From NCBI RefSeq assembly GCF_964355755.1, contig NC_092677.1, forward strand, positions 8,330,101-8,394,100: 64,000 nt of DNA. The letters run 5' to 3'. The position numbers were made by a program, and so were the translations under genes. This DNA is from Antedon mediterranea (taxonomy: Eukaryota; Animalia; Echinodermata). Each line of letters opens with the position of its first letter. Within the stretch, counting starts at the first letter, position 1. This document shows, one piece after another, positions 15,001 through 27,200 of the stretch. The notes under the pieces were generated by a model that saw only the letters and a list, made by a program, of their open reading frames with translations, did no database searches and was not told the DNA's origin.

Positions 15001-18000
15001 CTGAACTAACCAATTGACTGTTGTTGATGAAAACAAAAAATAACATTTTATATAAAACTTTATTCGGTATGTTACCCAACACTATCATACTGATCTACTA
15101 ATACTTTAGCAAATATATTTGAAACATTTTATAAGCACTATATTATTGTTTTAGTTAGTTTTAGCTTAATTATTATTAGTCTAATTATTATTAGTCTAAA
15201 CTATTAAATGATTATTACAGATATTCTGATTAATGATGAGGCTATTCATAGGTACATTGTACCTTAACATTCATGAAGTGTGCTGTAACTTTCCAATTCG
15301 TGCAATTCCAAATTCTGAAATTTGTTTTAGGAGATAATAATATAAATATAAATAGTTATTTATTAACCTGTATAAATTATAGAAATGTATAATAAAATAT
15401 AGTTTTTTACAATGCTATTTGTTTCATGTTTCCATTTATTGGTTGTGATACATTTTTATAATTGAGGTGTGGTATACCACTTGCCCTGGGGTTATCGCAT
15501 ATTGTAATAATCATGTGGTATCATGTGGATCATGTAGCATATCATTTGATATATCTGGCATATAATGTAACTAATCATGTGACACCAATATTGTATCCAA
15601 GTAGAAGCTGTGCCATACAGTATTATTTTGGGGTTTTCTGATGAGCTCCAGTGATTCGATATTGACACATGCTTAGATATCATGGTTCTTAGCTTAGCTC
15701 AGTACCTTTATTTGCCTTGTGGCGTACATAATGACCTACCTCCCACTGAATATTCAGAAATCATAAGTCCTATCCTTTGATTGGGTCTTTTCCTAAAAAT
15801 AATAAAAATGTCTCCCCACATTTCTGAAAATCCTGAATATGCCAGAACTTGAACTCTTCTCAATTTTGATTATGCCCCAAACTACATACTGTACATGAAA
15901 GCAACCTTCAGTTACCCTCTTTAATACAAACCTGAAGTAGAGCATGAGTCATGGTGCATCAATGGATTAATATCAATAGCAGGCACATTTAAACATTTTA
16001 ATATGACTGAAATTTCAGAGATCTTTGAGACATACATTGTAGACTGACATTGTTAGCCTAAATTGTGAAAAATGTTATTGACTTTACTGTCTTCACACTG
16101 ATAGAGTATGGTGTATTTGCATACAAAGCTAATAGCAATGTCAGAGAACACGCAAAATGTTTCGTCCTTTGTAACGCTTCTTAGCATCATCGAAAAGATT
16201 TTTATTATGTCAGCGTCTTTAGCTAAAACTCTACATTCTGCGTTTTCCATACACATACAGATGTAAAATGTGTCAGTTTCGTATGTGTGAACCGGGTCAT
16301 AGATCGATGTAAAAATAGAGGTTTTATATCAATAATAGTATAAAAATTAATCATGAACTACTGAACTTTATGACCTTGATGTGACCTTGAAGTCTTATTG
16401 GAAAATATTGTCTATTTACTTTTAGATCCAAAAGACAAGAAGTCAAAACAAGATGATAAGAAAAAGAGAAAGGGATCAAAAGATGTCCAGCCTGTTGCTG
16501 CTCCTGTTGAAGAAAAACCAACTCCACCTCCTGCTGAAACAAAGCCTCCTGCTTCTCCAGCCCCAGTTCCATCATCCCCACCCCCTGCAGAAGATACTCC
16601 ATCCCCAGTTCATGCAGTTGAGAAAAAACCCATGAAACCACCTACTGGAGGTATGGGCTTTGGAATGATGTTGGGACAAGCTGATCTCGATAAACATTTG
16701 AGCAAGGTAAGGAGTGTTATAAAATAATAATTTTTATATAACACCTATATAAATTCCTGTCATTTGATTGGACGAATGTGGGTCACATGGCGTGCAATAG
16801 TACGCACTATTCAACGATCGTTAAATAGTACTTTTTGAAACATTTTTGTGTACGAAAAAAAACCGTCTAGATGTTATATAAAACAAATAATGAATGTTTT
16901 GTATTCGTGTAATGGTACAAATAATGGCACTTGGTGAATGATGAAAGGTTATATCAACTCGGCTTTGCCTCGTTGATATAACCTTTCATCATTCACCTCG
17001 TGCCATTATTTGTACCATTGCACTCATAAACATTCATTATTTGTATAATATTGCACATTGAATGTTTATAAAGTAGCAAACCATGCACATAAAATAAGTA
17101 ACCCATGCAAGGCAAGAACATTTTTCGGATAACTTCGGATAAGTTTACAGATTAAAAAGTAAACAAAAAAACTGGATATATACAGTAGCGATCAAGTAAC
17201 TCCCAAGTAATAACAAAAAACAATTAAAAAGTAGGTATATATCCCAATAAAAACTATTTTATATCTAAGATGTATCTGTGTTTTGCAGAGAAAATCAAGT
17301 TCATCAATACTTAATGCAAAAGATGAAACTGACAAGGCAGTTAAGAAAGAGGACAAGCCAAAAGTAGACAAGGTTGAAGAAGAAGTAGTTGATAAACCTG
17401 CAGACAAGGACAAGACAGATGTTGTTGTTGCTGAAAAACAGAATAAAGAACCAGCAAAAGATGAAGTTAGTAAGGAGATTGAGAAAGAACCTGAACAAGT
17501 TGAACCAAAAGACAAGAGTGACAACATTTTTGATGCAAATGCAGAAGAGAACAATTCTGTAAACAAAGTTGAAGAAGTCTCTACAAAAGATGAACATAAA
17601 ATTGTAGAGACGACAGATGAAACAGAGTCTACAAGTGTGGATGAAGTAATATCTGTACAGGAGAACAATATGGAAACAAAAGAAGTAAAAGATAAGGATG
17701 TGAAAGATGAGATTAAAAAATCTAGTGATTTTATTGGAAAAGAAGAAAATAGTATAGATTCAACACCAATATCACCCATAAATAAAGTAAATTTGGAAGA
17801 AAATTTATTATCTGAATCCAATGATGATGAAAAGCCATCACTGATGGAAGAGAGCATTGTAAATACATCTGAACATGATGTTGAATCACCAAAAGAATTA
17901 TTAGATAATAAAGACAATACTAAACATGTGCAAAATATAGAAGATAACGATACAACAGAAGAGGATGTAAAAGAGGAAATAAAAGTAGATGAAATAAAAA

Positions 18001-19311
18001 AAGATGAAATAAAAGAAGAGATGAAAGAGAAGGAAATAAAAAATGATAAAATAGAAGAAAATATAGAGCAAGTAGAAGAGGAGAGTCCTAAACAAGTTAC
18101 AACGGAAGTATCCAAGGAGACGGATGATGTTAAGGAAGTAGTTAATGACACTGATGGTGCTAAAAAGGAAATCAAAGAAACTTTACCAGATGTAAATGGA
18201 ACTAATAACACATCTTTGCCAGAAATTGAAATAGAAAAGCCGTTGTCACCTAAGCCTAAACCTTTGTCTCCAAAGCCAGTCTCACCTCCCGGCCCACGAC
18301 CAAGGAAGTCTCTTGACTTAAAAACCAATTATGATACTACATATAATGAACTTCCATCGCCTACGAAACAAAAGAGCCCAGTAAAACCCACTCCAACACC
18401 AAGACCAAAATCTACCCAGCCTGCTAATCGCCCTGGACCACCACCTATTACCAAACCTAGGCCTGCATCAATTTCGAAGCCACCACCATCAATAAAGCCA
18501 AGGCCAAGTAGGATTTTTGCTCCATTATTTATTTATGTCAATACAATTATACTACTTTAAACATTGTATCAATTTACTGTGTAATACTATTTTACTTGTC
18601 ACTGTTCACTGTATTATTTTACATATTTTTTTTATAATAGAACAAATCATTTTCTTTTAGAAAAACCTGGTGGTAGCTTACGTGCAGTAACCGAACCATC
18701 AAATGCTGAAACAAATGGAACTTCAAATGGAGTTAGTTCACCAGAAGTATCTGCCAAACCTCAAGGTAATTGACAATGTATTATTTTTCATTGTATATAG
18801 TGCAGCTACAAAACTGATAATAGATAGATAACATTATATATATGTATAATAACTCTATTTAAAATCTATTTAAATATAGAAAATGAGAAAAATGAAAACA
18901 AATTTATTTAATAAATAAATGGAGGAGATGCCACTAAGGCAAAATCCTGAGATGTGTTTCACTACCTTTACGAAAAAAATAACACACTAAACATTGACAA
19001 AGAAGTATGGGTCATTTAAACGAATGATAAACCATGGAAGAGTTATTTTCCTGGATAAACTGTGGAAGCTGACATTATGGAATAGAAATTTTCCATGTGT
19101 CTACTTACATACCATTGATCACCTGATTTTCGGTACTATTATCTAGATTTCTCCAGTATCATAGGAAAATTCCGTAATCAAATACCACACATGTTTCAAT
19201 TGTTTTTAACCCATTTTTATAATTTTAGTAAAATCTCGACCAAAATCTATTGAGACGTCGCCGTCTAAGGCATCACCTGAAGTAGCTGACAAGAACCTCA
19301 GTCCCAAATAG
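1..19311 (+). CDS. CARMIL: CARMIL / LRRC16 (F-actin uncapping protein), 3' portion; 5' end lies outside the window
   Basis: Phase-consistent GT-AG exons: 1-88, 739-849, 3652-3824, 4365-4452, 9094-9246, 12716-12785, 12997-13369, 13684-13751, 16426-16706, 17289-18507, 18661-18765, 19229-19311 (TAG). The translation IKDADNSKQLL...SMLDCAEDQCTTVMNK...DISNKISEVHLAMASQISDTVVGDIL resembles the CARMIL helical dimerisation region. It is followed by a CPI-like motif (LASITKDRPRRPKRTRP, 13131-13181), a CSI-like motif (VDAFYT), a basic/hydrophobic motif (KKPFFNIFSRKR) and a Pro-rich tail. Confidence 0.9.
955..1070 (+). mobile_element. Degenerate RTE-type non-LTR retrotransposon fragment (C-terminal to RT)
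   Basis: Reads RIEAF/RCWRKLLGIPWTTRRTNQSV, matching the FEMWCWRRMLRIPW..RTN motif of RTE-clade ORFs; frameshifted and intronic. Confidence 0.75.
1195..1500 (-). mobile_element. Probable 3' end of a non-LTR retrotransposon
   Basis: Minus-strand frame ...LERSDNIVTKCIHEFALPSSNLHGRWMKLLL* followed by a short UTR and T/A-rich tail resembles LINE ORF2 termini. Similarity judged by eye only. Confidence 0.35.
1915..1975 (-). mobile_element. Degenerate tRNA-derived (SINE-like) head
   Basis: Minus strand ...TGCATATCAAGCA AAAGGTT CCGAGTTTTAATCTTGG TTGGAGCAA TTTT resembles an anticodon arm plus T-arm with a decayed B box. Confidence 0.4.
4585..4901. mobile_element. Non-autonomous DNA transposon (MITE) with 12-bp TIRs
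   Basis: TIRs CAGACCTCCCAA / TTGGGAGGTCTG, internal CTCCCGAT sub-repeats, and flanks CAATGT / CAATAT (possible 6-bp TSD with 1 mismatch). Confidence 0.75.
5355..5702. mobile_element. Kolobok-like MITE (TTAA TSD)
   Basis: TTAA at 5351-5354 and 5703-5706; imperfect TIRs GATGTATTGTCCCC / GGGGCAATACATC. Related copies at ~61743-62035 and, partially, ~24550-24750. Confidence 0.7.
5999..6532. repeat. Inverted duplication (arms ~5999-6268 and ~6339-6532) associated with Penelope-like element debris in (TA)n
   Basis: The right arm is the near-exact reverse complement of the left but lacks the tRNA-like segment. A ~55-bp tandem duplication follows (6533-6580), and the block is bounded by (TA)n tracts. 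Confidence 0.9.
6078..6149 (-). ncRNA. tRNA-like cloverleaf (pseudo-tRNA or Pol III head) inside a repeat
   Basis: GTCTCTG/CAGAGAC acceptor stem, A box TGGTCTAGTGG, anticodon stem CTCGC/GCGAG with loop CCTGTAA (no U33), B box GGTTCGAATCC with one T-stem mismatch, followed directly by T6. Confidence 0.7.
6606..7030 (+). mobile_element. Penelope-like retroelement, 5'-truncated: C-terminal GIY-YIG endonuclease (Hydra-clade-like)
   Basis: CNCRNKPKCPLNGSCL (CxCx5C linker), IVY..(x11)..YIG, RFSNH, CSLCLDEK and LLNKRSELILKCRH. Starts at a (TA)n tract and is followed by a hammerhead-like pLTR. Confidence 0.88.
7065..7104 (+). ncRNA. Variant minimal hammerhead ribozyme in the 3' pLTR of the Penelope-like element
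   Basis: GTT-CTGAAGA-T CGTT T AACG T-GAAA-CAC C GTG-TAATA-GAC: core boxes present, near-palindromic stem III, short wobble-containing stem I. Confidence 0.55.
7325..7361 (-). ncRNA. Type I minimal hammerhead ribozyme (solo pLTR of a second Penelope-like family, ~7198-7414)
   Basis: Minus strand GCA-CTGATGA-A-GGGC tagtgtt GCCC-GAAA-GC-TC-TGC: intact core, 4-bp stem II, palindromic AGCT stem III and GCA/TGC stem I; element flanked by TA-rich microsatellite. Confidence 0.88.
10575..10856. repeat. Degenerate direct repeat, two copies of ~145 bp
   Basis: TGTACCAA.TGAAAA.A.AGATCCTG...GAGTGC.CATGATT...GATTACAA...GTTAAAAT..TAGTA..AGATTTGCTGTA occurs twice. Confidence 0.7.
13506..13624. mobile_element. 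Tc1/mariner(pogo)-like MITE, CAGTAGAAC-type ends
   Basis: AGTAGAAC...GATTCTACTGTA ends. Related decayed copies near 8305-8480, 40434-40708 and 60133-60217. Confidence 0.5.
16733..17048. mobile_element. Non-autonomous DNA element ending in a long hairpin (arms ~75 bp, 16883-17044)
   Basis: ACAAATAATGAATGTTT...GAATGATGAAAGGTTATATCAAC [TCGGCTTTGCCTC] GTTGATATAACCTTTCATCATTC...AAACATTCATTATTTGT; 5' part contains GATTGGACG and GGTCACATGG. Confidence 0.8.
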
Positions 19312-20678
19312 AAGAAAATACAAATAGCGTACTATAAGATTGTAGTCTTTACTCAGGTGTGAAATTACAAAGTCATTGCTGTCATTCTTCTGCAACAGTA
19401 TGAAACAGTGGAATAGTGATCCCATAGAGCCAAACGGTTTTTGTAGAATGTTAAAACAGTTTCACTTCATCTTCCGTCCTGTTCAGAGTTTGTGATTAGC
19501 TTGAACAGTGGAAAAAATGAATCCAACGTGCCTACTTTGTATTTAGTGCAATGATCCCATTGCAGCTAAAAAACAAAGCTATATTGAGGTTGGGTGCAGG
19601 TGAAGCATCAGAGTCAAAATGAGAAACAAATCAATGAAATCAAAGAAGGAAGAAAGCAACGATACATTGAAACTGGTATTGATTTATACAGGACGACTAC
19701 CATCAGCGGACGGCCGCAATTAGCAAGTAGAGCGGCGTCTTAGAAGTCTGTAGTTGATGAAGCAGTTTATACAAAAACTGATGGTAGCTGGTTCCATATT
19801 TTTCACCATATTCTTCCACCATATTCATCCAACATTTCACACGGCTTACTCGAATGTAAACATTTATTAGTTTCAATTCGTCTTATGGCATACCTGTCAC
19901 GATACTTACCTAGAGGCAGCCTTTCATTGCTATTTCATCATAAATATGACGACATACCAAGGTGGTCCAAAAAACTGAACACATTCTATTACTACTATAC
20001 GTTGAATATATTGTTTTTTTATCGAAATCAAGTTTACATTATACATTAGGCCTACAGAAACATAAATTAAACAAAAACATAATATTTTTTCGTAGAAATG
20101 GCGTGTCATACTTATACTTAAATTATAATTAATTACCTAGTAATAAGTCGGGTAGTTCGAATTTTTTTAATAGTTTATATTAAAACAAGTAGAAAATGAA
20201 TATGACCAATAATAAGAATAATATATTTTTTTTTAATTTCATGAAAATGAAATAAGAATAATACTGTATTAATAACTAATAATAATGTTAATAACAATAT
20301 GTAATTAGAATTCATACCAATCTACTTTTAGATCATTTCAATATATACATTTTAGATGTGACATGTATGTTTAACCATGTTGCTGTGTACATTAAAGTCC
20401 TATTTCTAGAATAGTTTTCCTAATCTAGAAATGACCATTCTTGTGAAATTAAGTATGGCTAACCATGTCCCCTCGCAACGACTCGAAAACAGTACACACC
20501 ACCCTTGATAGGGTTTTCAAACTATTTTATTGAAACGAAATCTATAAACTATTTGAGGAATTGAGTAAAACTGGCTTACCGGTATCATGTTCCCTAATGT
20601 TAAGCTTCTATTATTTACTGCGCATGTACATTTTAAAATCAAGGTACTAAATTTAACCAACAAATAATCAATTAGTCG

Positions 20679-21250
20679 TAAATTCATGCATTGCTTATTA
20701 TTAATATTTAAATTAAATTAATTAATTAATTAATGTATTTAAATTCATGCATTGCTTATTATTAATATTTAAATTAAATTAATTAATTAATTAATGTATT
20801 TAAATTCATGCATTGCTTATTATTAATATTTAAATTAAATTAATTAATTAATTAATTTAAATTCATGCATTGCTTATTATTAATAATTAAATTAATTAAT
20901 TAATTAATGTATTTAAATTCATGCATTGCTTATTATTAATATTTAAATTAAATTAATTAATTAATTAATGTATTTAAATTCATGCATTGCTTATTATTAA
21001 TATTTAAATTAAATTAATTAATTAATTAATGTATTTAAATTCATGCATTGCTTATTATTAATATTTAAATTAAATTAATTAATTAATTAATTTAAATTCA
21101 TGCATTGCTTATTATTAATATTTAAATTAAATTAATTAATTAATTAATTTAAATTCATGCATTGCTTATTATTAATATTTAAATTAAATTAATTAATTAA
21201 TTAATTTAAATTCATGCATTGCTTATTATTAATATTTAAATTGCTTATTA
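20679..21250. repeat. AT-rich minisatellite, ~57-61-bp unit, about 10 copies
   Basis: Unit TAAATTCATGCATTGCTTATTATTAATATTTAAATTAAATTAATTAATTAATTAAT(GTAT)T repeated in tandem. Confidence 0.97.
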
Positions 21251-21707
21251 ATATTTTGTTTTGCGTATATACGGGTTCGTATGGCAGTGTGTGAATTAAT
21301 TTTTGATGAATAGTTTGAGGGTAAAGTCAATTTTTTGGTTTAAACATTGACTGCGGTAAAAATATCATTGAAATTACCATTATATAGCTGAAATAAACTG
21401 GTCCAATTGAATACCTTGACCAAATTGAAACATACATTTATGCGGAAATACAGTACTCAAAATTAATTTTTTAGGCTGTTATCGTATTTTTATTTTTAAA
21501 ATTTATCAAATCAATTAAAAGTATCAAATTATAAAATGTCACTTGTCAAAAATGTCAATGGCCATCCTTTCAACATATTCCATTGATATACACTTTTTCA
21601 ATGAAAAAAAAAGAAAAAAAAACATAACACTAAATTATCAATGGCACCAGACGTAAATGTTAGTATTATGTTCCCGTTTGTGACCACCAATAATTGATCC
21701 ACCCATT

Positions 21708-21812
21708 AAGCTCTGTCTACACTATCAATATAGTTTGGAAAAAAAGTGTGAATGTTCCTAAATATGGTAGTGATGCGATCATATATGGCCAATTTTTGTT
21801 TTGATAGTGTAA
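21708..21812. mobile_element. Dispersed MITE family (AGCTCTGTCTACACTATCAAA...TTTGATAGTGTAGACAGAGCT)
   Basis: Shared TIR and internal AAATATGGTAGTGAT motif. Other copies or fragments at ~8858-8895, 26640-26806, 32305-32362, 58329-58440 and 62438-62570. Confidence 0.75.
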
Positions 21813-23339
21813 AAACATAGTATTTGAGGGCCAGCTTGCTATAGCGCATGTTGTAAAATTCGACCACCATTCTCCTCAACTTTATTTCTATATTAAATCC
21901 AAACCACCAATTAAAAGGATTAAATTAATATATTGTGAAGTATTGCATATACTATGCATCGCTATACTTTTAATTATTTTTATATTACCGGACCATTTTG
22001 TATATTCGGTATACCTTTACGAAAACAAAAATATATGTATATTTTTCTGAGGTGTTTAAACCTGCGAATCTATGACTATGTAAATGATAATTTAACTTTA
22101 AAATATAATGTACTGAAATCTTAAAAACGCGAATACCAGAAACATAACGTGATTGTTAGAATATTGTTTTATATTTATTGGTGAGGCTAACATGTATATA
22201 GAATGTCTTGCCATTGTGTAAACATCATAATTATACCATCATTTAAAAAAAGTTTAGAGGCAAATGTTATTGTACAGATAATAACATTGCCTTGCAATAA
22301 TTTGATATTTTAACAATACGAAAATCACCACCAGTGAGACATGTAAAAAGAAATTCACCAGATAAGATGATCAATTCTTGTGAAGCGCTTATATCTAAAG
22401 GCGCTATAGAAATGATCTATATAGCGGTTTCCCCTCGAATAATTATAACCAAAACATACAACCTTTTCGTTTACTCATTTGTAGATTACTTGCCACTTTC
22501 TACCAATGTCATACCACGTTGTGTAGTTGTGTGTTTTTTTTAAGAATTTTGATTCTAAGCTGGTATCTATAAATAAAAATATAATTTTACATTGAAGTAC
22601 GAATAGAACAATTTTGTTTGAAATGCAGTTGTAAATAGTGTTTACATAAACAAAAATATACAGATACATTTGACTTGATTTATTAGTAGCATGATGCCTT
22701 TAGTTTTTCTATATAATTTTATATTACTTTTATAAAGGTATGTTTAATAAGGTTGAACATGTTTTTTTAAATGTTAATATGGTGCGATGATACAATTAAG
22801 TTAGTTGATATATATTCTTTCTATTTTAAAACAATTGGAAGCAACACTGAGGCAACTCAATTGTGCTCATCGTCGACATATTTGCGCTAATGTCCGTTTA
22901 GCTCATGTCGACCAGTTAGATTGAGTTCCGTGTCGCCCTAAGCCCACCGTCATGTTTGAAGTTTTGTATGGTGGAAAAACATAGTAAATTTTTTTTAAAG
23001 AAAGTACAAAACAGAAACGACGTGGAAATGTTTTCAACTTTACCTATATTTACTTGTACAGACTATTTTTTGTTTGTTTCTACGTTGTGTCGTAGTGTTA
23101 CCCTCCCTTCCACTATATTTAAGAACTATAATGTATCTAGCCTGATATTTTAAAACAGAAAATTATCTTTTATAAATAATTGTGATCATTGCCTTTTCAT
23201 TAAATGAAGTTTGCTTATTCAAACAATGTATATAATTTACGGTGATGAATTATTAATTATAATATAAAACTTGTATGTTTTTATAAATGATGTTTCTGTG
23301 GTTTTGATTCAACAGTAATAATAATACTTGTTTCCGTTT

Positions 23340-23513
23340 AAAGACCAATTTACACAGACGAACGGTTAGCGGAAACCGCGTAGTTTTTCCCACGTACAAC
23401 CTGTACCTATCATTAGTGGAAACCGGCCGTCCGCTCCGCGTTATGTGTTAAAGGTCATAAGGAATAACTTCTATATTATTACCATTACCGTCCGCCTGTG
23501 TAAATTGGTCTTT
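23340..23513. mobile_element. MITE with ~27-bp TIRs (PIF/Harbinger- or Kolobok-like)
   Basis: AAAGACCAATTTACACAGACGAACGGT ... ACCGTCCGCCTGTGTAAATTGGTCTTT; partial related copy at ~27288-27386. Confidence 0.8.
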
Positions 23514-24260
23514 GGGCTACGTTCAAACTGAGTCCGGTGGCCGGATAATTAATCATGGGAAATGTATAGTGTTAAAACTGTCACGAACATCCCGGAGTTC
23601 TATCATCTATGAAACATCTCCCAGTATCTGATTTTTAGTTTTAAGTTATTAAACGAATTGTACATAAGTATAATATTATAATTGTTTATCTAATAATAAT
23701 ATAAACTAGCGGATCGCTACAATGATTTAGTTACATTTTTGATGTATTTTCTATACTATGATATTGCAATATTATATGAAAAATATTAGTTGAAATAAAA
23801 CAACTTTTATTTGCTAATTATAAGTTGTTCTTTATTCTTGATATTGTGAAATATTATTTTTAATATGAATACGGTTCAAGTAAAGCTATTATATAGTAAG
23901 GCTGTACTCGGAAGTAAATTCGCGGAACCATTCCGTTACCAAATAAAACAAAATCGGTCGAATAGCATGCCTAAAGAACGATAGAAAAACACTCAAGTCA
24001 CCTAATCTTTGTGTTGTCAATTAAATTGTTGCGTATGGAATGTAGTTAATTTATTTAAACAAGCAGCTCGTCCGCATCATAGAAAAAGATGTGGCGCTCA
24101 TTCGATAACTTTTGATACTATGCAAATTGTAACATGTGCAACTGTTGCCTGCCGTTTCAACATTCCGTTCTGCAAGCCTCATTCATTTTGACGTCGGATA
24201 GTCGCCTGGAAGCAATAAGGGCACATTGTATAGGTCTAGTGATTGGAAAAAGAAAACAAA

Positions 24261-27200
24261 ATGTATTTAAATGTATTACTTTTGTTGTCTTCGTGTATAT
24301 TTACATTAGCTGTTTTTAACGATATTAAGATTGGTAATTCAACTATTACAAGAAGTCCCTTTTTCGCCGGTAAGACTCCGTCTTCCTCTCCGAATTATGA
24401 ACCTCTATCCGAATCTACGAAAACTGCGATCTTAGAAGAGCAAAACAATGGAAGAAGAAATGTATCACCTGTGTCATCGAACATGAACCTTGTGGTATGT
24501 TGAAAGAAAAGGTTAAACAAGAAATATTTCTTACAAAAAAACGCTGCTCGCTTATTGAAAAATATTTTTTATTTCAAATTTGTTTTTGAATGTGTCATTT
24601 TATTGTCACATAATAGTTATTTTACCTGAAAAAATGTAATTTAAAGCAACAAATACTTAAATTGTCTGTCAGACAATGGTTTTTTGGTTTCTTTTCTCTT
24701 TTTATATATGAATAAATATTATTTTTTTGTTACAGAAGTGAATACTCAATTTCTGTCACTTTAGTTAATTTTATTGCTAAGGTCAAGTCTGGGGGTCACT
24801 TCATCACCCTAGATATTTCAAGTGTGAAGTATCGTATTACAAACACAAACTTTAATGGACTGTTTTGATAATAATTAAATGAATATCTGACAGTGAATTA
24901 CAGTCAAAAGTCAGTATTATAGTCAAATGAGATAAATACCCAGAAATGCTTTGGGATTTGTAATTTAGCATGACATGTCCTAACAGACTCTTTTCCCAGA
25001 AGTTTTTTGGGTCTAGCAGCTGGAATCTATAAATTATAGTGGGGTTTCCATTTTCGCAAAACTGTCGTCCTTAGATACTATAACTGCTGCTTGCTTTAGC
25101 TTCTGATTGAGTAGTCCTAATGGGACGTAGCGGGCTAGAGCAGCAGCGTAAAAAGTTTAGAAAAGTACCGTATTAAATATGTATATATTTATATAATAAT
25201 CATTAGTCGTTCGCTATTGGATATTGAACGGGCGTAATAGAGTTCACTAAGGTAGAGTGAGACGCAGTATCAATAAATTTATTGCCAGACGAATCTATTC
25301 CTACTCTAAATTTTATATAGGCCTATACACTAGTCCATATTCTATTAGAATTCGTTGTAGTTATGATTCACTTGTATCGCGGTTACACTGCTTCCTCACC
25401 ACGAAACCCATACAATTGGACTAATTTTTCTTGAAAAAAATGTTAGATGTGGGATGACGAACTATTCAAAGCAGCACATCATTCTACAGCCAGTTGCAGA
25501 TATCCTAGCAGTTCATCCAGGGAGTTTGACGTAAATCAATACGTTGTTAACTTCGAAGGAATAACTCATTTGGCGTCATTCAGTTTACCGTCGTCAATTG
25601 GTAGTTGGTTTTATTTGGGTAAATATTATGATTACGCTAGAAGAACATGTTCTGCAGATGTTTCTTCAAATCATTGCTTTGTTTTTAAGCTGGTAAGAAA
25701 TGTTTATTTTGTTATGTCCCTTACAGAATCCATATGCCTATGGTGCAATTGTATTATACTATGATTTAAACATTCCTTAGCACGTTTTCTCTAGCTTTCG
25801 TGGGCTGAAATGACCAAGATTGGGTGTGCCCAGACGTACTGTCCGGATCTTTATGATGTGAAATCCAATATGACAAGAACTGATGTTTGGTATTTTAAAT
25901 GTAATTACGAAAACGTGTAAGTATTCTGCACAATTAAAATAGTTGTGTATTTTGTCGTCCTAAGTTATGTATGTTTCTTGCGTGTTATTCTGAATGGTTC
26001 CCTTTGTTTCTATTATGTATGTATGCCTACAGTAGAACTTTGTTGTTGATTACAGAGGAACTTATCACACGGACGTTGATGCCTACTTAGCGGGAGCTCC
26101 GTGTACGGCATGTGCTTCTGGATCTGGATGGTGTGACCAAGGACTATGTGGTGAGTTCAACATGTCAAGTACCGTATATAGTCCTACCGTAGCGTTTATG
26201 TATGTGCATTGTTGTGTCGTATGGATGATTTCTTGTAAGATACCTCTTTTCGTCCTGGCCATATCGGAAGAAAATTGTTCTTTATGACCACCGCTCATAC
26301 CGAAAATCAAATCCTCCCCCAAGAAAATGTGACACACTTAACTAAACAATTAAAACTAATTGGACAAATTGTGGATGAAAATAATTCGTATACTAAATAA
26401 TATTGAAGAACTTGTCTATATGAGTCATAGGCTTGCATGCAGTATAGTAAGTTATCCACTAAATCTTATGGTTATCTCTTTTTATAGACGAGTCCTGCAC
26501 AAGCACGAATGATAGTTGCACGTGTGAATGGGTCTCAGCGTGCAATTCACACGGTGCACTTGACCAAGACACTTGTCGCTGTATATGCGAAGATGGTTGG
26601 AGTGGACACAACTGTGACAACGAGCCACGTATGTTAAGAAATGTCTACACTATAAAATGAGTTTGATAAAAAGTGTGATGTGCTCAAATATGGTAGTGAT
26701 ACACCTAAATATAGTAGTGATATGGCATCATCATGCATTTCTATGGGCACATCACATTTTTTTTTGTCAAGTAAAGTTTGATGTGTGTAGAAGTGTAGAA
26801 AGAGCGTTATGTTATGTATAAATGAGTTGCAACATACTTCAATCAACTTGAGTCTCGAATGTATAGGAACAATAAACAGCATCTGCGCTTTCCCCTGAAT
26901 ACAATCTTTCTCCAATAGGTTGTTTTAACGCTTTTCGAAAAGCCAGCTGTTTGGCCGAATGATTATTGCTTGATTATGATATTTAAAATGATTATACTAT
27001 TGCCATTTTAATTGTATCATTGTTGGGTTGTCAATCAATGTCGCCTAAATTTCGCAATTTAAACGAAACAACTTTACAGACAATCAATGTTAGTACCGCT
27101 TGTCGTTTTTATAGAAACAACAACAGAACTCGTAACCAACCTAGATGATGAAACCTCAACCACGATGAATCAATCCAATGACTCTTCAGTGGCGACGTAC

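Noticed and set aside
15636-15665. CTGATGAG as a hammerhead core (similar partial cores at ~28854 and ~9420-9445 minus)
   Set aside because: No proper stem II with GAAA and stem I/III pairing.
17192-18328. 378-aa Ser/Phe-rich minus-strand ORF
   Set aside because: Antisense of the Glu/Lys-rich CARMIL exon.
19600-19743. Coding-looking stretch (VKHQSQNEKQINEIKEGRKQRYIETG...*) after the CARMIL stop
   Set aside because: No convincing polypyrimidine acceptor and no recognisable homology; most likely 3'-UTR.
20679-21250. Regular repeats as a possible CRISPR array (also considered 30831-30901 and the mucin repeats)
   Set aside because: No unique spacers, no cas genes, and a eukaryotic context.
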